Source: Histomonas meleagridis 2922-C6/04-290x
Lineage: Eukaryota; Protista; Parabasalia
NCBI GenBank assembly: GCA_020184695.1
Contig: JAANOX010000070.1
Location: forward strand, 1-64,000
Direction of reading: 5' to 3'
Length of the DNA: 64,000 nt
Positions 12,251 to 23,791 of the stretch are shown in pieces; the stretch's first letter is position 1; every line of letters begins with the position of its first letter. The notes beneath the pieces are model-generated. The model was not told the DNA's origin and ran no database searches. It worked only from the letters and a program-made list of their open reading frames with translations. The translations under genes were made by a program, and so were the position numbers.

Positions 12251-13441
12251 TTATTCACCAGCAAACAATCTTAAAATTGCTTCTACGGTATTTTTTCTTG
12301 GTCTTCTTCCCCATCTTTTCAATATTTCCTCTATTAACGTTTCTTCTGGGTTGTCATTTTTTTCCAATTCTTCCATCAACTCGAAAGGCGTTTTAAATCT
12401 CATTGCTAAATTAGCGGCAAGGTTCGGTCCAACGCCAGGGATTAGCTTGATTTGTTCCTTCCAAACAGACCCGACGGTTTGGCCGAACTTCGTTTCTTTG
12501 CAAAATTTGACAACTTCGTCAAAGTTTCCGACCGTTTGCGAGGACTCGAAAATGATTTTGGAAAGGGAAGAGATGTAACGCGAAATAGAAATACTAGAGT
12601 CACAAAAAACGACTTCTATTCCATATTCAAATGCAATTCGAAGTTTAAGTTCGGATTGTGTTTGAGTTTCTTTTGTGTTTGGTATTAAAAATACTTTTCT
12701 GGAAAAAGGACTTGAGCTAAAACGACGCTTTAATGAGTCATTCGATAAGTCACTGACTGTTGCAATTTGTATTAAAAAATCAAAAATTTCGGTTCGATTA
12801 GAAAACCAAAATGTTCCAACTGGGATATCAAGTGGGCGCCATTCAATTTGGGTCTGGCGGAGAATGTAAGATATATCAATAGAAGCACGACATTTAATTT
12901 CGTTTTGATTTGCAATTATTGATATCTTGGAAATGGATGGATCAATATCATTTAGATTGGTGAGAACTCCAAAAAGTTCGTCAGAAAGAGACTTCCCATG
13001 AGAAGTAAGAAAATACTTGGCAGGTTTGCCTGATTCTTTTTCGACTAAACCATGTTCTTGAAGTGTTTTTATGGAGCCCCAACTGCCAAAAAACTGTTTG
13101 TGTCTAAAACTATTGTATGGAGGAGGTCTATATTTGATAGCTCTTAGGATATCAGATTTTGTCATTTTATTTGGATATGATTCATGAAGAGCTTTTAACA
13201 TTTGACGAGAAACAGATCCTTCTTTTGGCACATAATTGTCGACACCAGAGAAAAATATTTCAAGCTGTTTTCCTATATATTCATCAACTCCAATTAAATC
13301 TAAAGAATCTTCCAAATTCAAAATTATTGGGCATAAACCAATGCTATTAATAACAACACCAATACTTTCTTGTTCCGATTCTGGTGCTTTTTTACGGAGT
13401 CTTGTAAGGAATGAAACCAGAATCTGGTTTTGTTCCATCAC
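12251..13441 (-). CDS. MUS81: Mus81-like protein (winged helix + ERCC4-fold + HhH); catalytic motif looks degenerate
   Basis: WH segment MTKSDIL..GSWGSIKTLQEHGLV..PAKYFLTSHGKSL and C-terminal KEQIKLIPGVG..LAMRFKTPFEL are typical of Mus81. Confidence 0.65.
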   Translation of the reverse strand: MMEQNQILVSFLTRLRKKAPESEQESIGVVINSIGLCPIILNLEDSLDLIGVDEYIGKQLEIFFSGVDNYVPKEGSVSRQMLKALHESYPNKMTKSDILRAIKYRPPPYNSFRHKQFFGSWGSIKTLQEHGLVEKESGKPAKYFLTSHGKSLSDELFGVLTNLNDIDPSISKISIIANQNEIKCRASIDISYILRQTQIEWRPLDIPVGTFWFSNRTEIFDFLIQIATVSDLSNDSLKRRFSSSPFSRKVFLIPNTKETQTQSELKLRIAFEYGIEVVFCDSSISISRYISSLSKIIFESSQTVGNFDEVVKFCKETKFGQTVGSVWKEQIKLIPGVGPNLAANLAMRFKTPFELMEELEKNDNPEETLIEEILKRWGRRPRKNTVEAILRLFAGE

Positions 13442-13736
13442 ATCCTTTTATGTTCAAAAGTGACAATAAACGTACGCTGTTACAAAGTTGCTAATCGATC
13501 AATGCCACTTAATTAAAATTGTAAGGGGAAAATGTATACCAATACAGCAAAAAAGGCATACATTGTCCTTACATTTATTTTCTTTATAAGTTGAATTACT
13601 TTTTTTTATTTAAAAAATACATTATTTTTTTTCCTCTAATTGTTTAATTTACCACACCTATTGCTTACATTTTGTATGAAATGAAGTTTAATAAATTTAT
13701 TTTGTGAAAATAAATGCTGAATAATATCTATTTAAT

Positions 13737-14093
13737 TTATTGAATAACATAATTATTTTCATCAAGCCAACGTTGTGCCTGATCGATTGTTCCAGAAATA
13801 TGGTGAATTTGGAACTGAACATTGATTCCATGAAATGTCTCTATTGATTCTAAGAAAATTTTGAAATTCAAACACCAATCACGTGGCACCCGAAACACCC
13901 CTAGTCTTTTTTCTGGTATCCAAAACATTACTTTAAGGAAAGGCATTACATTTCCTGCACCAAATATTCCAAACATTTCTTGGAAGGATGGATAAATTTC
14001 AGTTATTATATCTTCAGGAGAAGGAGAGTATTTACTTGCGCTTTCATCTGTTAATATTTGAAATACAATAAATCGTTTCTTAATTCGCACCAT
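13737..14093 (-). CDS. POP5: RNase P/MRP subunit Pop5/Rpp14 family
   Basis: Starts MVRIKKRFIVFQI (ATG at 14093); GVFRVPRD and HHISGTIDQAQ match Pop5. Confidence 0.8.
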   Translation of the reverse strand: MVRIKKRFIVFQILTDESASKYSPSPEDIITEIYPSFQEMFGIFGAGNVMPFLKVMFWIPEKRLGVFRVPRDWCLNFKIFLESIETFHGINVQFQIHHISGTIDQAQRWLDENNYVIQ

Positions 14094-14159
14094 TACTGAA
14101 ATGTCATATGAAATAATCAAACAAAACGGCTTTTTGTCACTTTTTGCTGTCAAATATCA

Positions 14160-14915
14160 ATGTCTCTTGTACAAGCAAAGGCATTCGCTGCGAGAATTCA
14201 TGCAAAATTAGTTCCTATTGAAGAAGATGTTTACAAATTTGAAGATGTTGCTCTTTGTCTCAAGAAAGTAAAGTCAATAGTTCTTTATTTATCTGTCAAC
14301 ATCATCTTTCTCCTTATATATCTTCTCCATCTTCCACCAATGTCACTTATTGCCATAATTGTCGGCCTTTGGGCATTACTTCCATATTACAAATCAATTC
14401 TTGAAAAACTCATCAGGAAATTCATTTTAGGAAAGAAAGTCAAAACCCTTGCACCAGATGCCCCACGTAAGCGCTACGATATTGGTCAAATCAGTGCATT
14501 CTGTGGAACAATTTATTACATTATTGAAAACCAAGTTGCATCTGCAAAGAACGGTCTTAACAACAAGAACATTATGAACATGGGCCTTACATTCTTTGCC
14601 CTTAACTTCATTTTCTATCTTTTCCTCTCATTCCCAGGTGCTCTCATAATGTGGATCCTCATCAATGGAATTATGCTTCTCCCACTCATACTCCAAAACC
14701 ACATCAAGAATAACTTCCACAACCTCCGCAATCGTCTCCATGGACACTTTGCACATCATCAAGGTCCACATCCAGAAATGCCAAAACATGTTATCGAACG
14801 CGAAGCTAAACCTGAAGCAGTCGTCGTAAACGAAGAAAAGAAGGAAGCAGACGAAGAAAAGAAAGAAGCAGATGAAGGAAAAGAACAACAAAATGAGGAG
14901 CAAAACCAATCATAA
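14160..14915 (+). CDS. reticulon/ARL6IP1-like ER membrane protein
   Basis: Two long (~35 aa) hydrophobic hairpins separated by a hydrophilic loop, then an acidic tail. Confidence 0.5.
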   Translation: MSLVQAKAFAARIHAKLVPIEEDVYKFEDVALCLKKVKSIVLYLSVNIIFLLIYLLHLPPMSLIAIIVGLWALLPYYKSILEKLIRKFILGKKVKTLAPDAPRKRYDIGQISAFCGTIYYIIENQVASAKNGLNNKNIMNMGLTFFALNFIFYLFLSFPGALIMWILINGIMLLPLILQNHIKNNFHNLRNRLHGHFAHHQGPHPEMPKHVIEREAKPEAVVVNEEKKEADEEKKEADEGKEQQNEEQNQS

Positions 14916-15272
14916 GAAATGTTGAATTCCAATAAAATGGAATTTTTTCCTTTTTAATTTTTATATTTCATTGGGTTGAATTGAATCAGCTGATTAAATA
15001 TTTCTTTGGATATGATCTGAATAATTTAGTATTAATAGATAAAAAAAATAATGCGCTGTTAAGCTCTTTAATATGTGGTTATATTTGAAATGATTATAAT
15101 CTGAGAAAATAAATAATTTATGATAAATCTATTTTTAAAAATTTTATTAAATTTCTTGAATTCATAAATGAAAGCCAATTATAAGTAAGGGGAAAATACA
15201 TATTTCAGGTTAATTACTCACAGACATTCGACAAATTCTTCAAATTTTTATTCAATTATCATTAACGGTCGC

Positions 15273-15292
15273 GGCGGTTTTGGCCAACCTTT
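15273..15292 (+). promoter_or_regulatory. M3 (GGCGGTTT) + M5 (CCTTT) trichomonad core promoter of RPS15A
   Basis: GGCGGTTT at 15273-15280 and CCTTT at 15288-15292, just upstream of the ATG at 15299. Matches the M3/M5 elements described for T. vaginalis. Confidence 0.65.
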
Positions 15293-15298
15293 CTCCAA

Positions 15299-15691
15299 AT
15301 GGTCAGAACTTCAGTTCTCGCAGATGCTCTTAAAGCTATCACAAATGCCGAACGCCAAGGAAAACGCCAAGTCCTCGTTCGCCCATGCAGCAAAGTTATC
15401 ATTCAATTCCTTAAGGTTATGATGAAACGTGGATATATTGGTGAATTCGAAGTTATTGATGACCACCGTTCTGGCAAGATCATCATTAACTTGCTTGGAC
15501 GTTTGAATAAGTGTGTTGCTATTTGCCCACGCTTCGATGTTCAACTTACCGAATTAGAAAACTGGCAATCAAAGCTCCTCCCATCCCGTCAATTTGGATA
15601 TGTTGTTCTTACAACATCACACGGAATTTTGGACCATGAAGAAGCTCGTAAAAAGAATGCTGGTGGCAAGATTCTTGGAATGTTCTTCTGA
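15299..15691 (+). CDS. RPS15A: 40S ribosomal protein S15a (uS8)
   Basis: [54 protein letters not shown] is highly conserved. Confidence 0.98.
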   Translation: MVRTSVLADALKAITNAERQGKRQVLVRPCSKVIIQFLKVMMKRGYIGEFEVIDDHRSGKIIINLLGRLNKCVAICPRFDVQLTELENWQSKLLPSRQFGYVVLTTSHGILDHEEARKKNAGGKILGMFF

Positions 15692-15844
15692 ACTAAACTA
15701 TAACTCATAACATACTTTTTTGTTGTTTGAGTTCAGATATGAAAGTTTGTTTGATACTTGTTTCATGATTTTTTTGGAAAATTAATTTTTATTTTTCACA
15801 ATTTAAACCTAAAAAAATTCGATTTGCTTTATCGAATTTTTTAT

Positions 15845-16225
15845 TTACTGATCATTGGTCCACTGGTGGTGGCATACCGTACATTCCATCATTTCAGACA
15901 AAGTATCTGTACCTGCAAGTGTTGGAGCAAAGAAGAAAACGCAATCATTATCTTGCTGACAGTTTGGGCAGTGTGCAACCCTTCTTTTTAGAGTTGGATC
16001 GTCAGCAATTAAGCGATGTGCGATATAAGACTGATCAGAGGAACGTTTCAAAACATTGATGTAAACTCTATTTGATTCAGCTGGTTCTTCATGCCCGCAA
16101 TTCTTACATACGTACATTAATCTTAAATTTTGTTGATCAGCTTTTGGGACAAGCATATTATTGCATTCTTTACAAAATTTTATACCAGTACCTACACTTT
16201 TTTGGTGCTCAGATGGAGGATTCAT
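15845..16225 (-). CDS. RPB9: RNA polymerase II subunit RPB9
   Basis: Two Zn ribbons (FCKECNNML..CKNC; DPTL..CPNC..CTVCHHQW). Probable ATG at 16225. Confidence 0.9.
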   Translation of the reverse strand: MNPPSEHQKSVGTGIKFCKECNNMLVPKADQQNLRLMYVCKNCGHEEPAESNRVYINVLKRSSDQSYIAHRLIADDPTLKRRVAHCPNCQQDNDCVFFFAPTLAGTDTLSEMMECTVCHHQWTNDQ

Positions 16226-16378
16226 TGATCCTTGTGTTGAAGGAAAGAAAAAATCAGACATCGAAATGTTCGAACAAAGTTTCTCAATCAAGAGACCGTT
16301 TAGTTAACGGTCGAAAAAATCGTTATGAAATTAATGTTTTAATAAAATAACACAATTGGCCAAAGTTTAAGCCAGAAA

Positions 16379-17224
16379 TTAGAAAATTGGTTGATCAGAA
16401 ACTGATCCATAAAACAATAGTATGCAATAAATAATTGGAATTGCAAATGATGGTATGATGCAAATTTCATTTCCTTCTTCAAGAACACATTTTGGTGATA
16501 ACAAGAAGTAGGAAATAAGGGTCATTACCAGCATTACACGTGTTCTTTGTTTCTTCATTGTAAATAAAACAATGCTGTGATCATTTTCAGATGATAATGA
16601 AACAAGAGTTGGCGATACAACAGTTATAATCATTAATAATGCCCTAATACATGTAATAAAGTTAATTACATTCCCATGACTGGAGAAAGAGTAAGTTGTT
16701 GAAAACATGAAAACGCATGCAAAATCGGAAATTATTCCATTTTCTAAATAGAGTGTAGTAACAAGCGAAATTAAATTGACCCCAAAAAATAAATACTGTA
16801 ACTTGGTAATATGTGAGTAATCCAAACAATAGTAAATAATGTATAACGAAATTGATATTGAAATAAATGATATTAAAATAATAAGTTGTTTGTATTGGGA
16901 AGGATCATCTCTGTGTTTATAAATGCATTTGAATGACAAAAGCATTGAAAACCTAACTAAAAGATAAGAGTGAATAATGATAAATATTAGATCTAAGAAC
17001 TGACATATGTCATTAGGTTGAATATCAGTGAGTGAAATCAAAAATGCACCAAATAAAGGGAAAGCAGCAATAACAAAATAACTTAATTTTTTGACAAATG
17101 CATTAAAAACCATTACAACAATATTTCCAATGCAAATACCAAGAAGATATTTTGGCGTTGCATCGTTTTTAAGAATATTAGAGAGATATGCAATTGAGTT
17201 CGTCATCCATTGGGGTTGATCCAT
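16379..17224 (-). CDS. multi-pass membrane protein, family not recognised
   Basis: 281-aa ORF with about 8-9 hydrophobic segments. Confidence 0.6.
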   Translation of the reverse strand: MDQPQWMTNSIAYLSNILKNDATPKYLLGICIGNIVVMVFNAFVKKLSYFVIAAFPLFGAFLISLTDIQPNDICQFLDLIFIIIHSYLLVRFSMLLSFKCIYKHRDDPSQYKQLIILISFISISISLYIIYYCLDYSHITKLQYLFFGVNLISLVTTLYLENGIISDFACVFMFSTTYSFSSHGNVINFITCIRALLMIITVVSPTLVSLSSENDHSIVLFTMKKQRTRVMLVMTLISYFLLSPKCVLEEGNEICIIPSFAIPIIYCILLFYGSVSDQPIF

Positions 17225-17516
17225 CCTTGTATTTTTTAAACGTATTTTCTCTAAAAAAATCTAAAATTAGCAATAAGGAAATCGAAAGGGGTTGTCATAT
17301 CCTCTGCGTTTATATTTTTTAATGCGAAGCCAGACAAAAAGTTTAAGTCCGACTTAAGAATATATATCTTATTTAATTATCTTTTTTGTTAACTAAATCA
17401 ATAAAACAATATCAACAATACACACCATATAATAGTACCAAAGTAAAATAATAGTGACATTTTAAGAAAGTGTAATTATATAAGAAAAAAAAAGATGAAA
17501 AAAAAATCAAGTGCTT

Positions 17517-17849
17517 TTAATACTTAAGTCCCCAAACTGTGGTGATGCACTGCATGGTGTCGTTAACCCATTGGTTTGTAACACTTCCATCATTTTGGGG
17601 ATCCCAAAGTGACATTGTAACAGTATGAACACCATTGCTTCTCTTTGAAAGAACTAAACAGTTAGCCAAATATTTGAATGGCTGGAATTTCTTATCGCTA
17701 AGTTTCTTTAAGATGTCACGAATAATTTCTTCGCACCAACCTTTAACATTTTCAGCTTTATATACCTTATCTTCCAAGTGGCTCTTTACTGTTTCATTGA
17801 TTATCTCTTGGATTTGATCTTTGAAATCTCCAAAACTTGTTTCAGCCAT
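17517..17849 (-). CDS. dynein light chain Tctex-1 family
   Basis: 110 aa; PFKYLANCLVL..GVHTVTMSLWDPQNDG..CITTVWGL is the Tctex-1 signature. Confidence 0.92.
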   Translation of the reverse strand: MAETSFGDFKDQIQEIINETVKSHLEDKVYKAENVKGWCEEIIRDILKKLSDKKFQPFKYLANCLVLSKRSNGVHTVTMSLWDPQNDGSVTNQWVNDTMQCITTVWGLKY

Positions 17850-18993
17850 TCAAAGATGATCTGACTTGTTTCTGCAGGAAAACCGCTAAAATATGTTTAA
17901 AAAATTAAACGGTTTCATGGGTTTGAACGCGCTACATTTGTCACTTTTCTCAGTTGAATCACACTTTTGTGTAGTGTAAATATTTCAATTTTCTGTATAA
18001 TCTGAAAAATTGAATCTTTCATATTTTTACAACAGCGGTTTGGCGAAGTGTAAAAATCTGAATTGTTTAAGGCATATTCACCATTTTATTGTTTTAATTG
18101 CTGAATCATTAGTTGACTAAAATATCAAAAATATTATGATTCTAAAAATAAAATAAATGAATCAAGTATTAGCTCATTATCATATGATAAATTTAATATA
18201 CATAAAATCTACACCTCAAAAACTCTATGTGCCATGACTTACAGCAGAAAATTTGGAAATCTATTTGGAGAGTTCCATTTTTAAGAAGTTTTCCATATTT
18301 TTATTTTCATTGACACTTTTTACACTATTTTTGATTCTTTTTTCTAAGTGATTAAAAACAAAAATGGAAATTAAAACTGATAAATTATTGATAAGAAAAC
18401 TTGTGCTCAATGATTGATAATCTAATCAAAAAATTGCTACCGATTTTTTCAAATCTACATATGCTATTTATGATGCCTTTGTTTTCATAAAGACAATGGA
18501 AGTTACGTTTTATGTTTTTGCTTCCATTCTGATTATTAAAGCAAAGGATATACATATGAAAGTTATAGTTTAGTGATTAATTATATAGCCAAAAACGAAA
18601 GGTAAAGAATTTTACTAACCTAAAACAGACATAAATGGTAGGACAAAATAGCACACATGTGAAATCGTTATTAATTATTTATTAAATAAATGTGATGTGA
18701 TTCAGCTGAAGGTGTTCATTTGTAAATACATTTTCAAGTTTATATATTGTTTCTTTAGTGAAACTTAGCTTAACTTTTAAATTAATTGATTTGTTGCTGA
18801 CTTTGTCCATCATTAAAACATTAATTTATTTTTTTTAATTATGATAACCAAATCCTCGGTTTTAATTATCTGTTGACTTATTATAGAAATTTATCATTAC
18901 TGTGATATCAGAGTAAACTTAGAGTTAATTATAATAACTTGAGTTCATTATAATAATGAATCATGAATTGACAGTCTTTGTTCGATTTAAAAA

Positions 18994-19533
18994 ATGAACA
19001 AAAAATGCATTCATCCAAAAATTAAAATTGTTTCAATGGGTGAAAGCAGAGTTGGAAAAAGCTGTTTAATAAAACGGTTTTGTGAAGGGAATCGATTTGT
19101 CTCACAATATATACCAACAATTGGAATTGATTATGGTGCACGCGAATTTTCCCTTGATGGCATTCAATTTTATGCTCACTTTTGGGATATGTCAGGTGAT
19201 GATTCATATTTCGAAGTTAGAAACGAGTTTTACAGTGATACAGATGGATTCTTAATTGTTTTTGATATATCATCAAGAGATTCATTTAATCAAATTGGCC
19301 GTTGGATAGATGAGGCCAAAAAATATGGTGCAGATTTATCATCAGCAGTTCTTTGTGGAAACAAATCAGATTCGCCTAAAGCATCTGTTTCAATCGAAGA
19401 GGCAAATGCCTATGCCAAAAAACTCGGAATTCAATTCTTCGAAACGTCTGCAAAGAGCGGCAAAAATGTTTCTGAAACTTTTTATCATTTGTTTAGTCTT
19501 GTTCTCGCAAAAATGAAAAATCGTTTAAAGTAA
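18994..19533 (+). CDS. RJL-family (DnaJC27/RBJ-like) Ras-related GTPase without J domain
   Basis: KIVSMGESRVGKSCLIKRFCE..TIGIDYG..DMSG..FEVRNEFY matches RJL; no C-terminal prenylation Cys. Confidence 0.75.
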   Translation: MNKKCIHPKIKIVSMGESRVGKSCLIKRFCEGNRFVSQYIPTIGIDYGAREFSLDGIQFYAHFWDMSGDDSYFEVRNEFYSDTDGFLIVFDISSRDSFNQIGRWIDEAKKYGADLSSAVLCGNKSDSPKASVSIEEANAYAKKLGIQFFETSAKSGKNVSETFYHLFSLVLAKMKNRLK

Positions 19534-20031
19534 AAATTTGTTTCTTTTGTAAATTACAATTTTAAGCAAAATAGTATAATTATTATTTTAATATTTAACT
19601 TATACAATAAAACAAAATCAATGAAAAACAGAATTGTGGAATGTGATTTCATTATAAAAAAATAATTAAAATGATCAATAATATGTAATCTTAAAAATTT
19701 ATTCAAATTTTTAAATGATCATTAAATTTTTTTTTAAATTAATTTAAACTCGATTCCAATAATAAATCTATCAGATAGGATATATGAAATTATTATGATT
19801 GAACTTATCGAAATATGTTTCATCTGAATATGCATCACTGGCAAATTTGGGCATACAAAAAGATGTTCAACAAAATTCAATTGCTTAGAAAAATAACTTT
19901 TTCTGAGAGGCGAACAAAAGTGCCGGTGATTTCACTTGTGATTTTCAAAGGATTACCCATTCAATTTTTGAATTGTGATTCTGATGGAGATATCATTTCA
20001 TTTTTGTATGAGTTCGAAAAATAATCATCAT

Positions 20032-21147
20032 ATGGATCTCATTGAACCAGTAAACTGTGATGAGCTTCTTGAAGTAAGCTTGGAAAAAGGAGAGCAACAA
20101 CATTCACATCCTAAATCAACATGGCGATTGATCACAATGATAGTATTAAATTCTATATTCTTTTTAGCAGAATTAATTGTTGGGTTTATATCTAAATCTT
20201 TATCTCTTCAATCAGATGCATTTCACATGCTTTCAGATATCGCAAGTTTAATCATTGGTCTTGTAGCTCACAGGTTATCTAAAGATTTACCTACGTCTAA
20301 AATGACATTTGGTTGGTCTCGAACAGAAGTTTTAGGCGGCTTAATTAATTCAGTTTTCCTTTTAGCAATATGTTTAACTTTATTTTTCAGTGCAATTGAG
20401 CGATTTTTTGAAGTTAAAGATATTCAACAACCAATGCTCTTTTTCATTGTTGGTTCACTTGGTTTATTTATTAATATTGTAGGATTATTTGTGTTTCATG
20501 ATCATAGCCATTCTGATAATTTAGCAGGCGTATTCCTTCATGTTCTTGGAGATTTCTTAGGTTCGATTGGAGTTGTAATTTCAGCATGTGTTGTTACATT
20601 TACTGATTGGAAGTATAAAATGTATGTAGATCCAGCAATTTCAATTTTAATTGTTATTGTTTTAGCTTTAGGATCATCGAAATTATTTATAAAAACATCC
20701 AAAATTGTAATTGAAAGATGTCCAGAAAAAATTGATTATGATAAAATTAAAAATGAACTTTTAGAAATCCCATCAATTATTTGTATTCATGAACTACATA
20801 TTTGGGAATTATGCAAAGAAAATTACATTGCTCTTGCACATATTATAATCGATTCGAAAGAAAATTATGGAAATGTTTTACAATTAGTTCATAATAAAAT
20901 GATAAATAATGGAATATACTCTACAACAGTTCAATGTGAATTTGCAGATGATTTCCCAAGTGGTGTGGACAAAAGCGATTCTTGTTTGTTTTCCTCATCA
21001 GTTGGAAAGAAAAATAGAGCATTTGTTGCAAATCCTGTTTATGAACATTTAATTGGATGTCCTCATTTAATGGTAGATGACTCGCAAGAATCAATTACTG
21101 ATAACGAAGCTAATCCAAGTTCAAATAATAATGAATTTCAAGCATAA
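20032..21147 (+). CDS. cation diffusion facilitator zinc transporter (ZnT1/Zrc1-like)
   Basis: SLSLQSDAFHMLSD, FGWSRTEVLGGLIN, HDHSH loop, FLHVLGDFLGSIGV, IHELHIWEL. Probable ATG at 20032. Confidence 0.92.
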   Translation: MDLIEPVNCDELLEVSLEKGEQQHSHPKSTWRLITMIVLNSIFFLAELIVGFISKSLSLQSDAFHMLSDIASLIIGLVAHRLSKDLPTSKMTFGWSRTEVLGGLINSVFLLAICLTLFFSAIERFFEVKDIQQPMLFFIVGSLGLFINIVGLFVFHDHSHSDNLAGVFLHVLGDFLGSIGVVISACVVTFTDWKYKMYVDPAISILIVIVLALGSSKLFIKTSKIVIERCPEKIDYDKIKNELLEIPSIICIHELHIWELCKENYIALAHIIIDSKENYGNVLQLVHNKMINNGIYSTTVQCEFADDFPSGVDKSDSCLFSSSVGKKNRAFVANPVYEHLIGCPHLMVDDSQESITDNEANPSSNNNEFQA

Positions 21148-21475
21148 TAAAAAATAATAAATAAAAACCTTATAATGAAATATATGTCATTTTTAATTGT
21201 GAATTAGTAAAACTCAAAAAAAATTATTTTTGGTTTAAACATTTAATAAACTCTATGTGAAATAAAAATACACTTCAAAAACAAAATATGATTTAGTTTA
21301 TGAATAGTTGATTATTCGAAAAATGATAATAATATCCTTTTTAATATATATTTTTATATAGCTAATAAATAATTTTATAAATTCACAAAAATTGGAAACA
21401 CTTAATAAAAAGAAAAAAATTTATTAATTAGAAAAAATAACTGAGTTTTTTTTTTATATTATAGAATATCAAGAC

Positions 21476-21502
21476 ATATATATATATATATATATATATA
21501 TA
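21476..21502. repeat. (AT)n microsatellite
   Basis: 27-nt perfect alternating AT run. Confidence 0.9.
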
Positions 21503-21742
21503 CATTTGAAATCTTTCATATATTCATGGTTTGCCAAGGAATAATATAAAAAAAAAAATACCCTAATATATTGTTTAATCTTTAAATATATTTTTGAAAA
21601 ATATCATGAACACAAATAAGGCTTTTTCGAGTATAATGGGGGCCTTTAAGTTAACGACAGATTTCCAGGATTTATAACGAATTTTTGTTTGATTTCTTCA
21701 AAAAATATTTCATTTTCACATAACATTTCATAAAGATTTTTA

Positions 21743-23017
21743 ATGGCAGAGAACGAACAGACAAAGAAAAGCGGGATCTCATTTATTATAATTATTCTCG
21801 CCATCATCATAATCGCTGCAGGTGCTGGATATTTTTATTTTACTCGAAAAGAACAAATTATTTATGATGAACCAATTAAATATGATAAAGTTTTTCCATA
21901 TATCTTTAGTCAAAAATTCAATTCATCTCTCCAAAATTATATCAACAATAAGACATATAATCAATATTTATTAGTTTATGGAGCTTCAAATTCAGGAAAA
22001 ACTCGTGGAATCAATGAATTTGGCAAAATGCTAGCAGCCAATGGATCTCTTGTTCTTAACTTTGACTTCTTAGAAATAGGACAATACTCTACTCCCAAAG
22101 ATATAATATCAATAATAAGTGAAACATTTATTAATTCATTCAGATCCATATCCAAAGGCTCATATTCCTTCCGCTCGGTCAAACCATTATTAGATGAATT
22201 TCTTCTTTCAGCACATGCAAAATCTGTTAATGTAAAACCACGTCTTGCAAACAAAGAACTTAATGAAATCCTTTCTGCCATCCTCGGTGTTGTTAACACA
22301 ATCAGTGGGAACTCACATATTACTTACAAAGCTCTCTTTTACATATTAAATCTAATCTCACCAATCATTGAACCCGTTGTCATTATCCATAACATTGAGA
22401 ATCTCCGCAAAGTACAAAGCGCCTCTGAACGTCTCTCTGTATTTTGGGAAGAATCTCATGAATTTCTTGATTTCAATTTGTCATTCCCAGTCATCTTCGA
22501 AATCTCTGACCAGAGTTCACTCATTGATCATACTATACCTCTTGAACATGATTTATTCACTCTTGTTGATATTCCCCCATTCAATCAAGAAGAAGCAAAG
22601 CAAATCTTGGTCGAAAAGGAAAATATATTCACTCCTGAAAACTTTGCTTCGCTTTGGGACGAGTTTGGAAGTTGTGGCGAATGTTATGATTTTGCATATC
22701 AACTTTTGTCTCAAGGCTTATCATTAGCAAATACGATCCTAGAGATAAAATCACGAAAGAAGGAAATAATTTTAAGGGCATTAACATCATTACAAAATCA
22801 GACATTAGCAGATGAAAGAAATGAATACTTGAAGAAATTAGCAAGGAAGCCTATAACGGTTGTAGAAGACCCAGAGGCAGCGGCATTCTTCACGAGAAAC
22901 AAAGTCGCAACAATTAAAAATCTGACAAAAAGTGCTAACGTAAAGTGCAATGATAATCTCATTGCATCTTACTTGGGAACGAAAAGCGAGGCTCCGAGTG
23001 CAAACCCAAAAAATTGA
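21743..23017 (+). CDS. signal-anchored P-loop ATPase-like protein
   Basis: N-terminal TM segment, Walker A YGASNSGKT, degenerate Walker B (VVIIHNIE). Confidence 0.6.
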   Translation: MAENEQTKKSGISFIIIILAIIIIAAGAGYFYFTRKEQIIYDEPIKYDKVFPYIFSQKFNSSLQNYINNKTYNQYLLVYGASNSGKTRGINEFGKMLAANGSLVLNFDFLEIGQYSTPKDIISIISETFINSFRSISKGSYSFRSVKPLLDEFLLSAHAKSVNVKPRLANKELNEILSAILGVVNTISGNSHITYKALFYILNLISPIIEPVVIIHNIENLRKVQSASERLSVFWEESHEFLDFNLSFPVIFEISDQSSLIDHTIPLEHDLFTLVDIPPFNQEEAKQILVEKENIFTPENFASLWDEFGSCGECYDFAYQLLSQGLSLANTILEIKSRKKEIILRALTSLQNQTLADERNEYLKKLARKPITVVEDPEAAAFFTRNKVATIKNLTKSANVKCNDNLIASYLGTKSEAPSANPKN

Positions 23018-23791
23018 ATAAATACTTATGATTTCATTTTTTTTTTTTTCAAAGAAAAAAAGAGATGAAAAAAATTACAGTAAAATTTGTTTTCGTTTTT
23101 TGGCAGCTTAGGTAAGATATTTATTGCTTTGGGTCAGAGCTATAAATGGAAAAATATTTTCTCAATGTATTTGGTTCTCAAATTGCAATATTTTCATTGT
23201 TTAATTTTTATAGAGATTATTATTGGAAAAGAATATTCTTTACTTGTTAAAAGCATACTTTTAGGCATAATTCAACAAAATAGGAAATTATTATTTTGAT
23301 AATATGTAAAAAATTATATAAGTCAATGACTTAAAAAGATCAACGCGATGGATTTTTATTCACATTACCAAATGAATATAAAGCTTTTACAAATAGATAA
23401 GCTGCAAATATTTCGTACGTTTTTATATAGTCCGTTAATAATTTTTTAAAAACGGCGCCAACCGTAAACATTGAATATATTTCAATTGGAATATATTTTT
23501 GTGAAGGGAAAACTTTCATTATCAAAATATATTTATCTAACTATTTAAAGAATATTTCCAAGATTATCATTATAATTAGTTACTACGGATATGTGACATC
23601 ATATATTTTTATTTATATTAAAATTAATATGTTAACCACAAAGATTTTTGTAGAATACATTGTAATTTGTCCCCAGATTGAATTTTTTTGAAAAAACCTC
23701 ATGTTCTCTTTCAATAATTGTAACAAAGTGATTTATTCAAATTTATGGCATAATACGGCCAGAGCATTCAAATTTAATTCAGTTGCGTCAA

